A stretch of 64,000 nucleotides of DNA from Thermoanaerobaculia bacterium (GTDB lineage Bacteria > Acidobacteriota > Thermoanaerobaculia > Multivoradales > UBA5704): positions 16,837-80,836 of the forward strand of contig DASYJD010000054.1 of the NCBI GenBank assembly GCA_035996875.1, read 5' to 3'. This document shows positions 18,601 through 27,730 of this stretch, in pieces. A program made the translations under genes and the position numbers. Under the pieces are notes generated by a model, which was not told the origin of the DNA, searched no databases, and saw only the letters and a list, made by a program, of their open reading frames with translations. How positions within the stretch are numbered: position 1 is the first letter of the stretch; every line of letters begins with the position of its first letter.

Positions 18601-18944
18601 TGGACGCTGATCTCGTGGTTCTCTCCGCATGCGACAGCGGGCGAGGAAGGGAGATCGGCGGAGAGGGGCTGCTCAGCCTTACAAGAGCGTTCCAGTTTGC
18701 AGGCGCGAGAGCCGTGGTGGCGTCGCTTTGGCAGGTGGCAGATGAGGGCTCGTCGGATCTCATGACGCGCTTCTATCGCCACCTCAAAAACGGAGCTGCG
18801 GTTGCGGACGCTTTGCGAGAAGCTCAGCTCGAGATCGTCGCTCAGATCCCCTGGGTCCGAGACTCACAGGGAGAAAAGCGCGAAATGGATCTTTCGAGGG
18901 ATTTCGTCTGGTCTGCATTCGAGGTGTTCGGCGACTGGCAGTGA
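15699..18944 (+). CDS. PDZ-TPR-CHAT (caspase-like) protease, probably exported
   Basis: Signal-like N-terminus; PDZ-like GIIVDEVAPGSEIEKAGLRAGDVL; many TPRs; LLILPDG-like ILILPDGPLHAVPWAAL; catalytic IVHFATHG and LVVLSACDSG; WSAF tail. Confidence 0.9.
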   Translation: MHSKCWVLICLLAQAAAPMAALSGPRGHSSEGTAELSGIIVDEVAPGSEIEKAGLRAGDVLHRWERLSSPPANPEAAQGVLSSPFDWMWLEVEQAYRGSVVLYGERNGEPREWHVAAGEWNVHFNSERRGRSRARPILTSRNAALYEQGQRRIRRRKLSEGIAGWRRLAAEVPHQQGDPVRCWLLLRIGEVWGEAGNWPRAHEAFQEAAQWARDNRTQVFIWEALGKSLEYQGRFREAEDCYRAGLTIRRATEPSSLGLARSLHQIASQEVSLGNLDEAKEGFDQALALRARWAPGSFLEADSLHSQGFIAAERSDLEGAEQFLKQAVAIQERLAPDSFWMAFKLEGLGDIYSLRGDLEVAARHFERALVIRQRLVPNGESVATALIRLGRLKLDQGRWAEARALFEQALVILQRVFPRHLMIAAVLNDLGDAARAAGELGRAETSYRRALVQFSEVAPERPWTAHSWSGLAEVETRRGNWKDALVNYQKALAIYRRVGPGSDGEARTLAGLGRIAWRTGDLKQASSRLHEAIRALNAQVGRLGGSEDVKSEFRSLRRRVYFDAAAVELELGRNEEAFNIQESARAQGFLSLLAARDLSVSDGIPPELEEERRRVGRQFRKALASLNSISPGKQDSADEAWRKLPILREQLDAISQRVRKLSLRPSALHFPHPLLASEVAHELDPGMKVLAYQVGETATQVFVLSGDGHVAAFRLPIGAGDLQREVEGFRAVTENQLVFGSQAALRPLRQLYRSLLQPVEPLLNGAGRILILPDGPLHAVPWAALVRELPAQDPPKDRDWQFFVEWKPFAVALSATVWAELKHSRGRPNSDWKGEQAALGGSVLPIAAFGDPVFRLDPEPLPLASARLVGAVGRGLALSPLPFSRREVESIAQIFPGQVAAFLGSEATEERAKSLPRGTRIVHFATHGFADERFPMNSGLMLTTPDLTDEHAEDGYLQAWEIFERVRLDADLVVLSACDSGRGREIGGEGLLSLTRAFQFAGARAVVASLWQVADEGSSDLMTRFYRHLKNGAAVADALREAQLEIVAQIPWVRDSQGEKREMDLSRDFVWSAFEVFGDWQ

Positions 18945-18987
18945 AGCATTCGTTCTGAACTCCTTGGTATCAGTCATTACCGTGTCC

Positions 18988-20238
18988 TTACTCATGCGGC
19001 GGCCGGCTCTTGGCTCCTGGGACGATTTCGATCACGTGCTCGCGGACCAGGTGCAATTTCCCGCTTTCCTTGCGGAAGAGGCGCAGTCGATAGTTGCCCG
19101 GCGGCACGAGCACGGCCGGAAGACCCAGCCGCACCTCGCCGATTCCGTAGGCTCGGAGTCCCTTCTGGACGAAGACCTGCTTTCCTGAACGCAGTTCGGA
19201 GACTTCGATCTGGAACTCCGTTCCAGCCGGATCGTTCACCGAGAGCATCAACACCAGATGGCTGACCTCGGGGCCGACCGTGAGTTTTTTCGTCCCCCGT
19301 TGGACGTCAGCGGACTCGAGAACCGCAAGCATTGGGTTCTTGACGTCGGTCGTCTGCCGCAGCTTCGCGAGCCTCGCCTCGAGCTCCGCCATCTGCGCCC
19401 GGTGCTCGGACACCAGCCGCGCCCGATCTTCGCCGGCTTCCTTGAGCCGCGCCTGGTATTGGGCTTCGAGCGCCGCTCGGCGAGCCTCCAACTCCGAGAT
19501 CGCTTGACGTTGAGCCGCCTCGCTCGCCGCTACCGCGGCCCGCAAACCGGCGATCTCCTTTCCCTGCCGCCACCAGAGGAAGCCGCTCGCGGCCCCGAGC
19601 GTCACGAAAGCGAGGACGGCCGCCCAGCGCATCCAGGCCCCGCGCCGCGCGGACGTTAGGGGTTCAGTCGGGCGCCGGGTTGGGAAGGGAAGTGCTGAGC
19701 TCGGGCTTGCAGAGTCGGTGGAGACCCGCGCTTCGAGCTTGCCGGCCGCGGGCCGCACGACGTCTTCGATCCAGTCCTGATACTCGGGGTCTTCCTCGGT
19801 CTCCTGTTCGCTGAAGGTGCCGACCGGCCGACCGGCCGCGAGGGCCTGCCATCGGGAGTCGGCGCGGGCCAGCGCCTCCAGTGGCAAGGTGCCGAGGAGA
19901 GTGGTTGCGCCGAGGTCACGCTCGCTCGCCCAGACCGCGAAACGGCAGCGCAGGGTGAGCGAGCCGACCTCGGGGCCGGTGACCGCGACGTCGCCGGAGC
20001 CCACCAGCGGGTTGACGTCGGCCACCACCAGCAGTCGCCGCTCGGTCTTACCTTCCTCCCGCAAAGCCGCCCAAGCCAAGCGCGGCTCGCCAAGCTCCGG
20101 GAGGGTCAGCACTTGACCGGCGACGACGGGGCCAGAACTGGCGGGCTCGTCGCCGTGCGGGCTCTGCGCTTGCTCCCAGGCTTTCGCTGCTTGCCGAGTC
20201 TCCTGCCAGAGGCCCGACGGCATGGTCTCGTCCGTCAT
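18988..20238 (-). CDS. Single-pass membrane protein with coiled coil, putative anti-sigma/CHAT partner
   Basis: Cytoplasmic N-domain, TM WAAVLAFVTLGAASGFLWW, coiled coil, then a beta-rich C-domain (PPGNYRLRL). Translationally coupled to the upstream gene. Confidence 0.7.
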   Translation of the reverse strand: MTDETMPSGLWQETRQAAKAWEQAQSPHGDEPASSGPVVAGQVLTLPELGEPRLAWAALREEGKTERRLLVVADVNPLVGSGDVAVTGPEVGSLTLRCRFAVWASERDLGATTLLGTLPLEALARADSRWQALAAGRPVGTFSEQETEEDPEYQDWIEDVVRPAAGKLEARVSTDSASPSSALPFPTRRPTEPLTSARRGAWMRWAAVLAFVTLGAASGFLWWRQGKEIAGLRAAVAASEAAQRQAISELEARRAALEAQYQARLKEAGEDRARLVSEHRAQMAELEARLAKLRQTTDVKNPMLAVLESADVQRGTKKLTVGPEVSHLVLMLSVNDPAGTEFQIEVSELRSGKQVFVQKGLRAYGIGEVRLGLPAVLVPPGNYRLRLFRKESGKLHLVREHVIEIVPGAKSRPPHE

Positions 20239-21470
20239 AACTGCGCCTCCCTAGGCTTCCGTGAGCTCGCACGAAAGCGGGCGATCTCGCCGTCCAGCCG
20301 CTCACAGCACCCTTTGAAGAAGGTTTTCAAGGTGCCGATCAGCTCGCTCAAGCGTTCCCGCGGGATCTTGAGGTGCTCGGAAAGACGACGAAAGGAGGGT
20401 AGCTGATCTTCGTCTTCTCCGCTTCCCTTTTCCAGGGTCTCGCCTTCCTCGGTCGCAAAAGCGCGCAGGAACAGGAGAACCCGGCGCAGATAGTCACGGG
20501 TGCGCTTGGACGCCGGGTTCGCCTCGATGGTGCCATCGACACAGTCGATCAGCTTGGCGAATCGATCCGCCGCGATCATTTGGGCCTCGAAGGCCGGCTC
20601 GAAGTGGCGCCGCAGACGACGAAAGCCTCGCGCGTCCTCGTCGTCTGGCGGCGGATCCTCGGCAGGCGCGAGCAGTGCCGCCCAGCGCCGGCGCACGTCC
20701 GCTTTGAGCGGTGTGATCAGGTCCCCGAAGCGGAAGGCCGCGACCCTCGCGAGCTCCAACTCGGCGAGACGCCTTGCTAGCTCCTCGACGAGCCGTTGCT
20801 TGTCCGCCCGGGAAGCCGTCACCAGATCTGGTAGCAGCTCGTCATTCCACCGCTGAACGATCGGGACGAACGTTTCCGGTTTGGCCAGGTCGGCGGACGG
20901 CGCCCACTCGCCGACCACCAGGACCGTGGAGCTGCCGATCTTTGCGGAGCTGGCCATGACCGTGAGGTCTCCGGCCGCCACGGCGTGGCGCACAGCAAGG
21001 GATAGCACCTCGAACAGGCGAGCGCCAAGACGGTCGTGCAGCCGCTGGCGGTCGTGCAGGAAGTGGCGGATCGAGGCGACAACCACGCCCTCAATGTTGG
21101 CCTTGGAGAGCGTCTGGGCCTTCAGGGCAGGGAAGCGCTCGACGAAGACGTTGCGGTAGGCCTCGGCCAGGAGATCCTCGAACGGCCCGCCCCGGCCGGT
21201 CGCCTCCCACCAGCCACGAAAGCCGTAGATCCCTAGCCACTGCGGTAAGCCCTGGCTCAGCGACCGGCGGCGCAGTTCTTGGCGGACGGCTCGTCCGAAC
21301 GCCGACCACATCACCGAAGTCAGGGCAGCCTCGGGCTCATGGCCCGGCTCCCAGTCCCTCACGAAGCAGGTGAAAGGCTCTGGCGCCGCATCCACCCCGA
21401 GGCTGTCGTCCTCTTGGAGCTCCGCCATAGTGGCCAAGGCCTCGCCTTCCGGTCGTTCCCGGCTGCTCAT
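20235..21470 (-). CDS. Atypical long sigma-70/ECF-like protein (411 aa)
   Basis: FEDLLAEAYRNVF...IRHFLHDRQR is region-2-like. LPSFRRLSEHLKIPRERLSELIGTL is a C-terminal HTH. A large insert separates them. Confidence 0.55.
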   Translation of the reverse strand: MSSRERPEGEALATMAELQEDDSLGVDAAPEPFTCFVRDWEPGHEPEAALTSVMWSAFGRAVRQELRRRSLSQGLPQWLGIYGFRGWWEATGRGGPFEDLLAEAYRNVFVERFPALKAQTLSKANIEGVVVASIRHFLHDRQRLHDRLGARLFEVLSLAVRHAVAAGDLTVMASSAKIGSSTVLVVGEWAPSADLAKPETFVPIVQRWNDELLPDLVTASRADKQRLVEELARRLAELELARVAAFRFGDLITPLKADVRRRWAALLAPAEDPPPDDEDARGFRRLRRHFEPAFEAQMIAADRFAKLIDCVDGTIEANPASKRTRDYLRRVLLFLRAFATEEGETLEKGSGEDEDQLPSFRRLSEHLKIPRERLSELIGTLKTFFKGCCERLDGEIARFRASSRKPREAQL

Positions 21471-21530
21471 TCACCCCTCCGATCGCAGGCTTTTATCCCG
21501 CGCGATGCCGGTTGCACCTAATACCCCCTA

Positions 21531-22418
21531 TCAGCGAAAGATCACACAGGAGAAAAGGGCGATCAAGGATAGGGAAATCATCAGTGCATTGCCTGTCATG
21601 ATGCCTGCTCTCGCACTTGAAGCGAAATAGCACTGAATCTTGTCTCGATCAGAGAGTGCTCCCAAGCCAAAAGCGAAAATGCTTGCGACAACCGGTATAC
21701 ATAGAAACATGGGTAAATACCACCAGGCGATGGATCGATATAGGACAGCCGTGCCCACCATGAAGGAAGCTGCTGCCAAATACCGGCCAAATAGAAGAGA
21801 CCGTCTTACCCCGAGAGCGACGGTTGTGTTGTGGACTCCGGCCTCAGAATCGGCATCTATGTCTCGGATCATCGCGATCAAGTTACAGGCCGACAAGAAT
21901 AATAAAAGGAAGGTAAGATTGAGTAGAGATATATTGGGATTATGGGGCAGGCCTCCATGAGACGCCGTGATCTCGAGAGGTGCCATGTAAGGAAGAATTA
22001 CGAAGGAGAAGCCGAGCGATACCAAATCGAGGACCGGCTTGGTCTTTAAGTGAATATTGGGAATTGAGTAAAGAAGCCCAAACAGCAGGGTGCCGGCAGT
22101 GCAGATGCGAGCACCTCCGTAAAACCCGAGAGCCAGGCCCAATGTCGAGAGCGAGGAGACCATGATGCTTGTTGCGCGCCCCGAAATTTCAGAGGGTATG
22201 CGATCGAGTCTTTTGGCGTTCATCCCTTTGTCGGCATACTCATTCAGGATAAAAGCCGCTATTGAGATTAGCAGCAATCCTATACCAGTGGATGCATAGC
22301 ATCTTCCCGGAGGATGATAGAGGGAGCCCTGGTCGAGAATCCCATAGAGAAAGGAGACCACGATCGTGGGCTGCTCAGACAGCCTCATTGCCTTGAAGAT
22401 GACCCGCAGCTTAGTCAT
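21531..22418 (-). CDS. UbiA family prenyltransferase (AT-richer)
   Basis: Multiple TMs; LNEYAD and IRDIDADSEAGVHNTTVALG Asp-rich motifs; LHLK-like HLKTKPVLD. Confidence 0.8.
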   Translation of the reverse strand: MTKLRVIFKAMRLSEQPTIVVSFLYGILDQGSLYHPPGRCYASTGIGLLLISIAAFILNEYADKGMNAKRLDRIPSEISGRATSIMVSSLSTLGLALGFYGGARICTAGTLLFGLLYSIPNIHLKTKPVLDLVSLGFSFVILPYMAPLEITASHGGLPHNPNISLLNLTFLLLFLSACNLIAMIRDIDADSEAGVHNTTVALGVRRSLLFGRYLAAASFMVGTAVLYRSIAWWYLPMFLCIPVVASIFAFGLGALSDRDKIQCYFASSARAGIMTGNALMISLSLIALFSCVIFR

Positions 22419-22541
22419 GGAGTCGGCCCTCCTGGTGTCGACCTGGCACAAACGGATTGCCTGTATGCAAGAGACGCGAGATCGCGACCGCCCAGGGATC
22501 AGGAACACCGCATCCCCTCTCTGCTACAATCCTCTCTGCCC

Positions 22542-23108
22542 ATGCCCCCCACCGACCCTGAGGTCACGGAGCTACTCCACTCCTGGAGCCGCGGCGATGC
22601 TGCGGCCCTGGAGCGGCTTGTGCCTCTGATCTTCGAGGATCTACGCCGTATGGCCCGCCGGCATCTGCGGGGCGAGCGGGACGGACATACGCTCGCGCCG
22701 ACAGCCCTGGTCCATGAGGTCTACCTGAAGCTCATGGAGCAGCGGTCGGTCGAATGGCAGAACCGAGACCAGTTCTTCGCCGTCGCGTCCCGGATCATGC
22801 GGCGGGTCTTGCTCGACTATGCCAAGGCCCGCGGCACGGCCAAGCGCGGCAAGGACGTGGTCAAGGTCCCTCTGGAAGAGGCGTTCGACGTGGGGCAGGA
22901 GCAAGAGGTGGATCTTCTCGACCTCGGCGACGCTCTGGAACGGCTGGGCGAGCTTGATCCGCGGCAGCACCGGATCGTCGAGCTCAAGTTCTTCTATGGC
23001 TTCGAGCACGAGGAGATCGCCGAGCTGCTCGGCATCTCGGTCACCACCTGCAAGCGGGAGTGGAAGGCGGCGAAGCTGTGGCTTCTACGCGAGCTGAGCC
23101 GGAAATAG
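22542..23108 (+). CDS. ECF sigma factor, TIGR02999-type (kinase-associated)
   Basis: EVTELLHSWSRGD, TLAPTALVHEVYLKL, WQNRDQFFAVASRIMRRVLLDYA, EIAELLGISVTTCKREW. Confidence 0.9.
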   Translation: MPPTDPEVTELLHSWSRGDAAALERLVPLIFEDLRRMARRHLRGERDGHTLAPTALVHEVYLKLMEQRSVEWQNRDQFFAVASRIMRRVLLDYAKARGTAKRGKDVVKVPLEEAFDVGQEQEVDLLDLGDALERLGELDPRQHRIVELKFFYGFEHEEIAELLGISVTTCKREWKAAKLWLLRELSRK

Positions 23109-23252
23109 CAGAGCTGCCGCGCTCGTGACACGAACGCCCGGCGTTTTTCGCGTCTTTGAGAGGGTGTCTGAAGCAGCGATTCCGTCCGGGTGTCTCCACA
23201 TTGGATTGAGAGAGCCCTTTTTCAGACACCCTGGTCTTCACATGGAAGGAGC

Positions 23253-25736
23253 ATGGTGACGCCCGAGCGTTGGGGGTTGGTCAAGGCGGTGCTGGACGGC
23301 GCGCTGGAGAAGAGGCCCGGCGAGCGGGCGGCGTTCGTGGCCACGGCCTGCGGGGAAGACTCGGAGCTGCGAGGGGAGGTGGAGTCGCTCCTCGAATTCG
23401 AGGAGGGGAGCGCGGGCTTCATCGAGGAGCCGCTCTTCGGCCGTTTCGCCGGCGGGCTCGAGGGGCTCGCGGAGGGCCAGCGCGTCGGTCCCTATCGCGT
23501 GGTGCGGGAGATCGGCCGGGGGGGCATGGGGGCCGTTTACCTCGCCGCTCGGGCGGACGAGGAGTTCGATCAGCGGGTGGCCCTCAAGCTCGTGGGGACG
23601 GGCTCGGCGACGGAGATCGTCCGCCGGTTCCGGGCCGAGCGCCAGATCCTCGCTCATCTCGATCATCCCAATATCGCCAAGCTGCTCGACGGCGGCACGG
23701 CGGAGGACGGCCGCCCTTACTTCGTCATGGAGTACGTCGAGGGGCGACCCATCGACGAGTACGCCGGCAAGCTGCCGCTTCGCGAGCGGCTGGCCCTGTT
23801 CCGCGAGGTGTGCGCGGCCGTCCACTTCGCCCATCAGAACCTGGTGGTCCACCGGGATCTGAAGCCGGCCAACGTCCTGGTCACCGCGGACGGCGTTCCC
23901 AAGCTGCTGGACTTCGGCATCGCCAAGCTAATCGATCCCGGCGGCACCGATCCCGGCCTCTCGGAACTGGGGCTGCGGCCGATGACTCTCCAATACGCGA
24001 GCCCGGAGCAGGTCGGGGGAAAGCTCATCACCACGGCGAGTGACGTCTACGCGCTGGGCGTGCTCCTCTACGTCCTGCTCACCGGCCGCTCGCCCTACTC
24101 GACTGCGGCGGACGACCGCGCGGCGCTGGAGCGGGCCATCACCCAAGGGGAGACGGTTCGGCCGAGCCAGGCCGCGGAACGCCGGGAGGACGCCCGCCGC
24201 CTGACGGGAGACCTGGACACTCTCGTCTTGCGGGCCATGGATTTGAAACCGGAGCGGCGGTACGCCTCGGCGGAGCAGCTCGCGGCGGACGTCCAGCGGT
24301 ATCTCGATGGCCTGCCGGTGCTGGCCCGCAAGGACACGGCGGGCTACCGGCTGAGCAAGTTCGTCCAACGCCACAAGCTGGGAGTCGCCGCGGCAGCGGC
24401 CGTGTTGCTGCTGATCCTGGGGTTCAGCGTCACCGTGACCCTGCTGCTGAAGAAGGCCGAGAGAGAGCGGGACCGGGCGGAAGCGGTGTCAGGGTTTCTG
24501 GTGGATTTGTTTACCAAGGCCGACCCGGACCGGTCCCGCGGGGAGACGATCACCGCCCGAGAGGTTCTGGACCGGGGTCGCAAACAGATCGCCGGGGATC
24601 TTGAAGCGGCGCCGGAAACGCGGGCGGCTTTGATGGAGACCATGGGAAGGGTGTATCGCAGTCTGGGTCTGTACGATCAGGCTGGACCTCTGCTGGAGGA
24701 TTCACTGCGCCTTCGCCGGCAGATTCGCGGCACGGACCCACTGGACGTGGCGGCGAGCGAGATCAACCTCGCCCTGACTCTCCAGGAAGGCTCCAAGAGG
24801 CGTGACGACGCCGAGCCGCTCATCCGAGAGGCTCTGGAGATCTATCGCCGGCAGGGCGCCACCGCGGATCGCAACTACGCGGCGGGGCTGAACAACCTTG
24901 GTGGGCTTTTGAAAGATCGAGGGGATTACGCGGCTGCCGAGCCGATATTCCGCGAAGCCTTGCGACTTAAGCAGAAGATCCTGGGGGCCGACGAGGATGT
25001 GGCGACGGCCTACAACAATCTAGGAAACGTGCTCTATGCCAAGGGTGATCTCGCTGGGGCCGAACCTTACCTGAGGCAGGGTCTGGCGATGCGCCGGAAG
25101 CTCCTGGGTTCCGAGCCCCATCCCGAGATGGCCACAAGCCTCAATAATCTGGCGTCGCTGTTGGAGGCGAAAGGAGAGCGGGCCGAGGCCGAGAAGCTCT
25201 ATCGCGAGGTTCTGGCGATGCGCCGAAAGCTTTTCGACGGACGCGGCCCCAAAGTGGCGCAGAGCCTCAGCAATCTCGCCTTCATCCTCCTGGCGGAGGG
25301 GCGCCCGGCGGAGGCGGAGCCGTTCACCCGTGAGGCGTTGTCGATCGAGTCGGAGCACCCCTCACCAAAGAACCGCGCCGTATTCCTGCGGCAGCTTGCT
25401 GCGGCGCTGGCGGGCCAGGGAAAGGGGCGGGAGGCGGAGTCGGCGGCGCGAGAGGCGCTTGCGATCTTCCGCACGGCAAAGATGAGTTGGCGGGTCGCGG
25501 ACGGGGAGAGCGTTCTTGGGGGAAGCCTCGCGGCCCAGGGACGCTTCGCGGAGGCCGAACCGTTGTTGCTCGGCAGCTATCGGATTCTCAAAGCGGATCC
25601 CGGCGAGGGCGCTCAGTACGCCCCCGCGGCTCTGGCGCGGATCATCAATCTATATACCGCCTGGGGGCGGCCGGACCGCGCTGCTCCTTGGAGGGCTCTC
25701 GCGGGTTCGCCCTCGCCTAGGTCTTGGACGCGGTGA
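23253..25736 (+). CDS. Membrane Hanks-type Ser/Thr kinase with extracytoplasmic TPRs
   Basis: IGRGGMGAVY, VALK, HRDLKPANV, DFG, YASPEQ, SDVYALG; TM at LGVAAAAAVLLLILGFSV; TPRs with SLNNLA. Confidence 0.92.
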   Translation: MVTPERWGLVKAVLDGALEKRPGERAAFVATACGEDSELRGEVESLLEFEEGSAGFIEEPLFGRFAGGLEGLAEGQRVGPYRVVREIGRGGMGAVYLAARADEEFDQRVALKLVGTGSATEIVRRFRAERQILAHLDHPNIAKLLDGGTAEDGRPYFVMEYVEGRPIDEYAGKLPLRERLALFREVCAAVHFAHQNLVVHRDLKPANVLVTADGVPKLLDFGIAKLIDPGGTDPGLSELGLRPMTLQYASPEQVGGKLITTASDVYALGVLLYVLLTGRSPYSTAADDRAALERAITQGETVRPSQAAERREDARRLTGDLDTLVLRAMDLKPERRYASAEQLAADVQRYLDGLPVLARKDTAGYRLSKFVQRHKLGVAAAAAVLLLILGFSVTVTLLLKKAERERDRAEAVSGFLVDLFTKADPDRSRGETITAREVLDRGRKQIAGDLEAAPETRAALMETMGRVYRSLGLYDQAGPLLEDSLRLRRQIRGTDPLDVAASEINLALTLQEGSKRRDDAEPLIREALEIYRRQGATADRNYAAGLNNLGGLLKDRGDYAAAEPIFREALRLKQKILGADEDVATAYNNLGNVLYAKGDLAGAEPYLRQGLAMRRKLLGSEPHPEMATSLNNLASLLEAKGERAEAEKLYREVLAMRRKLFDGRGPKVAQSLSNLAFILLAEGRPAEAEPFTREALSIESEHPSPKNRAVFLRQLAAALAGQGKGREAESAAREALAIFRTAKMSWRVADGESVLGGSLAAQGRFAEAEPLLLGSYRILKADPGEGAQYAPAALARIINLYTAWGRPDRAAPWRALAGSPSPRSWTR

Positions 25737-27486
25737 GCACCGCTCTATCGCGCAGCTTGCCGGCGGCGGGGGAGAGCGGGGCATTGGTGAGGATCTTGTT
25801 GATCCGTTCCATGGCTTTCACGGAATCGCCCATGCTCTGGTAGAGCACCACCTCACCGTAGAGGTTGTCGGCGAGGACGTTCAGGCGCTCGATCACGGGC
25901 ACCACGTAGGGACCGTCCGGGTAGCGGCGCAGGTACTCGGAGCCGTTGGTCAGGTCGTCGTAGCTCTTGGCGATGGCGGCCAGACGGTCGCCGGCCACGT
26001 GCTTGAGGTCCGGGTCCTTGTCCTGCTCGGCCATCTGTTGCAGGGCGGCCAGCTCCTGGAGAGTCGGCGCCAGGTTGCGCAGACCGGCGCGGGCGCGCTT
26101 GCCCTCGGTGCTGTCCGGAGCCGCTTCCCACGACTTCAGATACTGGGTCACGGCCTCGGTGCGGTTGCCCAGGCGGCTGTCGGCATCGCCCAGGGCGAGG
26201 GCCACCTCGGGCACTTTCGGCGAATCCGGGAAGTTGCTGAGGAACGCCACCAGGAAGGAGGTCTCGTAGACTCCGCCGCCCAGCGTCTCGAGGGCCCGCG
26301 GATAGAGCTCCTTGCGCTTGGTCTCGAGGTCGGCGATCTCGCCTTCCACCACCGGCACCAGGTTGCCCTTCGGATCGAGGGTCTTCAGGTCCGCCAGCTC
26401 GGTCTTGTAGAGCTTCACCACCGCGCCGTAGTCGCGGGAGAGAAGGGGCCGGGTGAGCTCGTCGTCCCGCCGCTTGTGGAGCTTCTCCAGGCGCAGGCCG
26501 TCCGCGAGCTGGCCCGCCGGCCAGGTGGCGAGCATGGCCCGCTTGAGGAACGCCACCTCCGGCTCGGCGGGCTTCTTGCGCGCGACATAGTTGCTCAAAA
26601 TGCCCTGGGTGCGCTTGCGGAAATCGTCCGCCGAAGGCTTGCGCGGGTCGATCGCCCAGGTGCCTTTGCGCGCCTCGGCGGAACGCACCCGCTCGTCCCC
26701 GAAGGGGTGGGTCTGCATGTAGCCGAACTCTTTGATCTGCGGCAGCCGGTCATTCATCAGCACCCAAAGACGGCGGGCGCCGTCCGGGTTGTAGCCGGCC
26801 GCGGCGGCGAGGCGCTGGCCTTCCTTGTCCGCCTCGTCCTCCTGCTCCCGGCTGTAGCTGCGCAGCAACAGCTCGCTCACCACCAGGCTCGCCGCCGCGG
26901 CGCCCTGCACCAGGTTGCCGCCGTTGTCGTAGCCATAGCCGACGCGCGGATCGTAGGGCGTATTGGGGGCGGTTTGCCGGCGCTGCGACTCGCCGATGAG
27001 GACGCCGGCCACCAGCAGGTTGCCGAGGATGCTCATCAGCGTCGCCTTGCGCTGCATCTTGATCGAGTGCTCGTTGATGACGTGGCCGATCTCGTGGCCG
27101 AGGACGTTGGCCAGCATGTCGTCGTCGAGTCCCAGGTCCAGCATGCCGGTGGTGATGAAGATCTGGCCGGCCGGCAGGGCGAAGGCGTTGGGCTCCGTCA
27201 TCTTGACGATGCCGAAGACGAACGGGTACTTCACGAATTCGGATTGCTGGGCGAGCTCATAGGCGATGCGGTTGACCCGTGAGACGTCGGCCGCGGTATC
27301 GCGCGTGCCGTATTGCTTGGCAGCCTCGACGGCCGCCTTCAGGCTCTCCTCGAAGAGCTTCGGGTCGGCGATGCCCGGGAAGGCCTGGGGTGCCGCCGGC
27401 CGCGGGGCCTGGGCCAGGACCGGAGCCGCGGCATAGACGATAAGGAGAAGGACCAGGGCGGAGGATACGATGCGTCGGTAGTTCAT
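25717..27486 (-). CDS. M48 family zinc metalloprotease (BepA-like) with C-terminal helical repeats
   Basis: Signal peptide; PNAFALPAG; LGHEIGHV; YSREQEDEAD; THP. Confidence 0.85.
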   Translation of the reverse strand: MNYRRIVSSALVLLLIVYAAAPVLAQAPRPAAPQAFPGIADPKLFEESLKAAVEAAKQYGTRDTAADVSRVNRIAYELAQQSEFVKYPFVFGIVKMTEPNAFALPAGQIFITTGMLDLGLDDDMLANVLGHEIGHVINEHSIKMQRKATLMSILGNLLVAGVLIGESQRRQTAPNTPYDPRVGYGYDNGGNLVQGAAAASLVVSELLLRSYSREQEDEADKEGQRLAAAAGYNPDGARRLWVLMNDRLPQIKEFGYMQTHPFGDERVRSAEARKGTWAIDPRKPSADDFRKRTQGILSNYVARKKPAEPEVAFLKRAMLATWPAGQLADGLRLEKLHKRRDDELTRPLLSRDYGAVVKLYKTELADLKTLDPKGNLVPVVEGEIADLETKRKELYPRALETLGGGVYETSFLVAFLSNFPDSPKVPEVALALGDADSRLGNRTEAVTQYLKSWEAAPDSTEGKRARAGLRNLAPTLQELAALQQMAEQDKDPDLKHVAGDRLAAIAKSYDDLTNGSEYLRRYPDGPYVVPVIERLNVLADNLYGEVVLYQSMGDSVKAMERINKILTNAPLSPAAGKLRDRAVLTASKT

Positions 27487-27587
27487 GGCCGTCCCCTCAT
27501 AACGTCAGCAGCAAGCTTAGCTCACCGGATGGGCTCCCGACATGACAACACGAGCCGGGGGGAGAAAAACTCCCGGGGCCCTCGTCA

Positions 27588-27696
27588 CCCATAGGCGCTA
27601 ACTTATCTGAGAGATCCCCCACCCCAAGACCCTCATCACCCCGGCCCTCTTCTCCCGACCCCTCCCACCCCCCTCACCGGGAGAAGAGGGAGAGGT
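27588..27696. repeat. Family A repeat with CCCATAGGCGCTAACTTA end
   Basis: Terminal motif followed by the core CCCAAGACCCTCATCACCCCGGCCCTCTTCTCCC...GGGAGAAGAGGG. Confidence 0.85.
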
Positions 27697-27730
27697 TGGT
27701 CTGAAGACAGGTGTGGTAGCGTCTCGCGCC

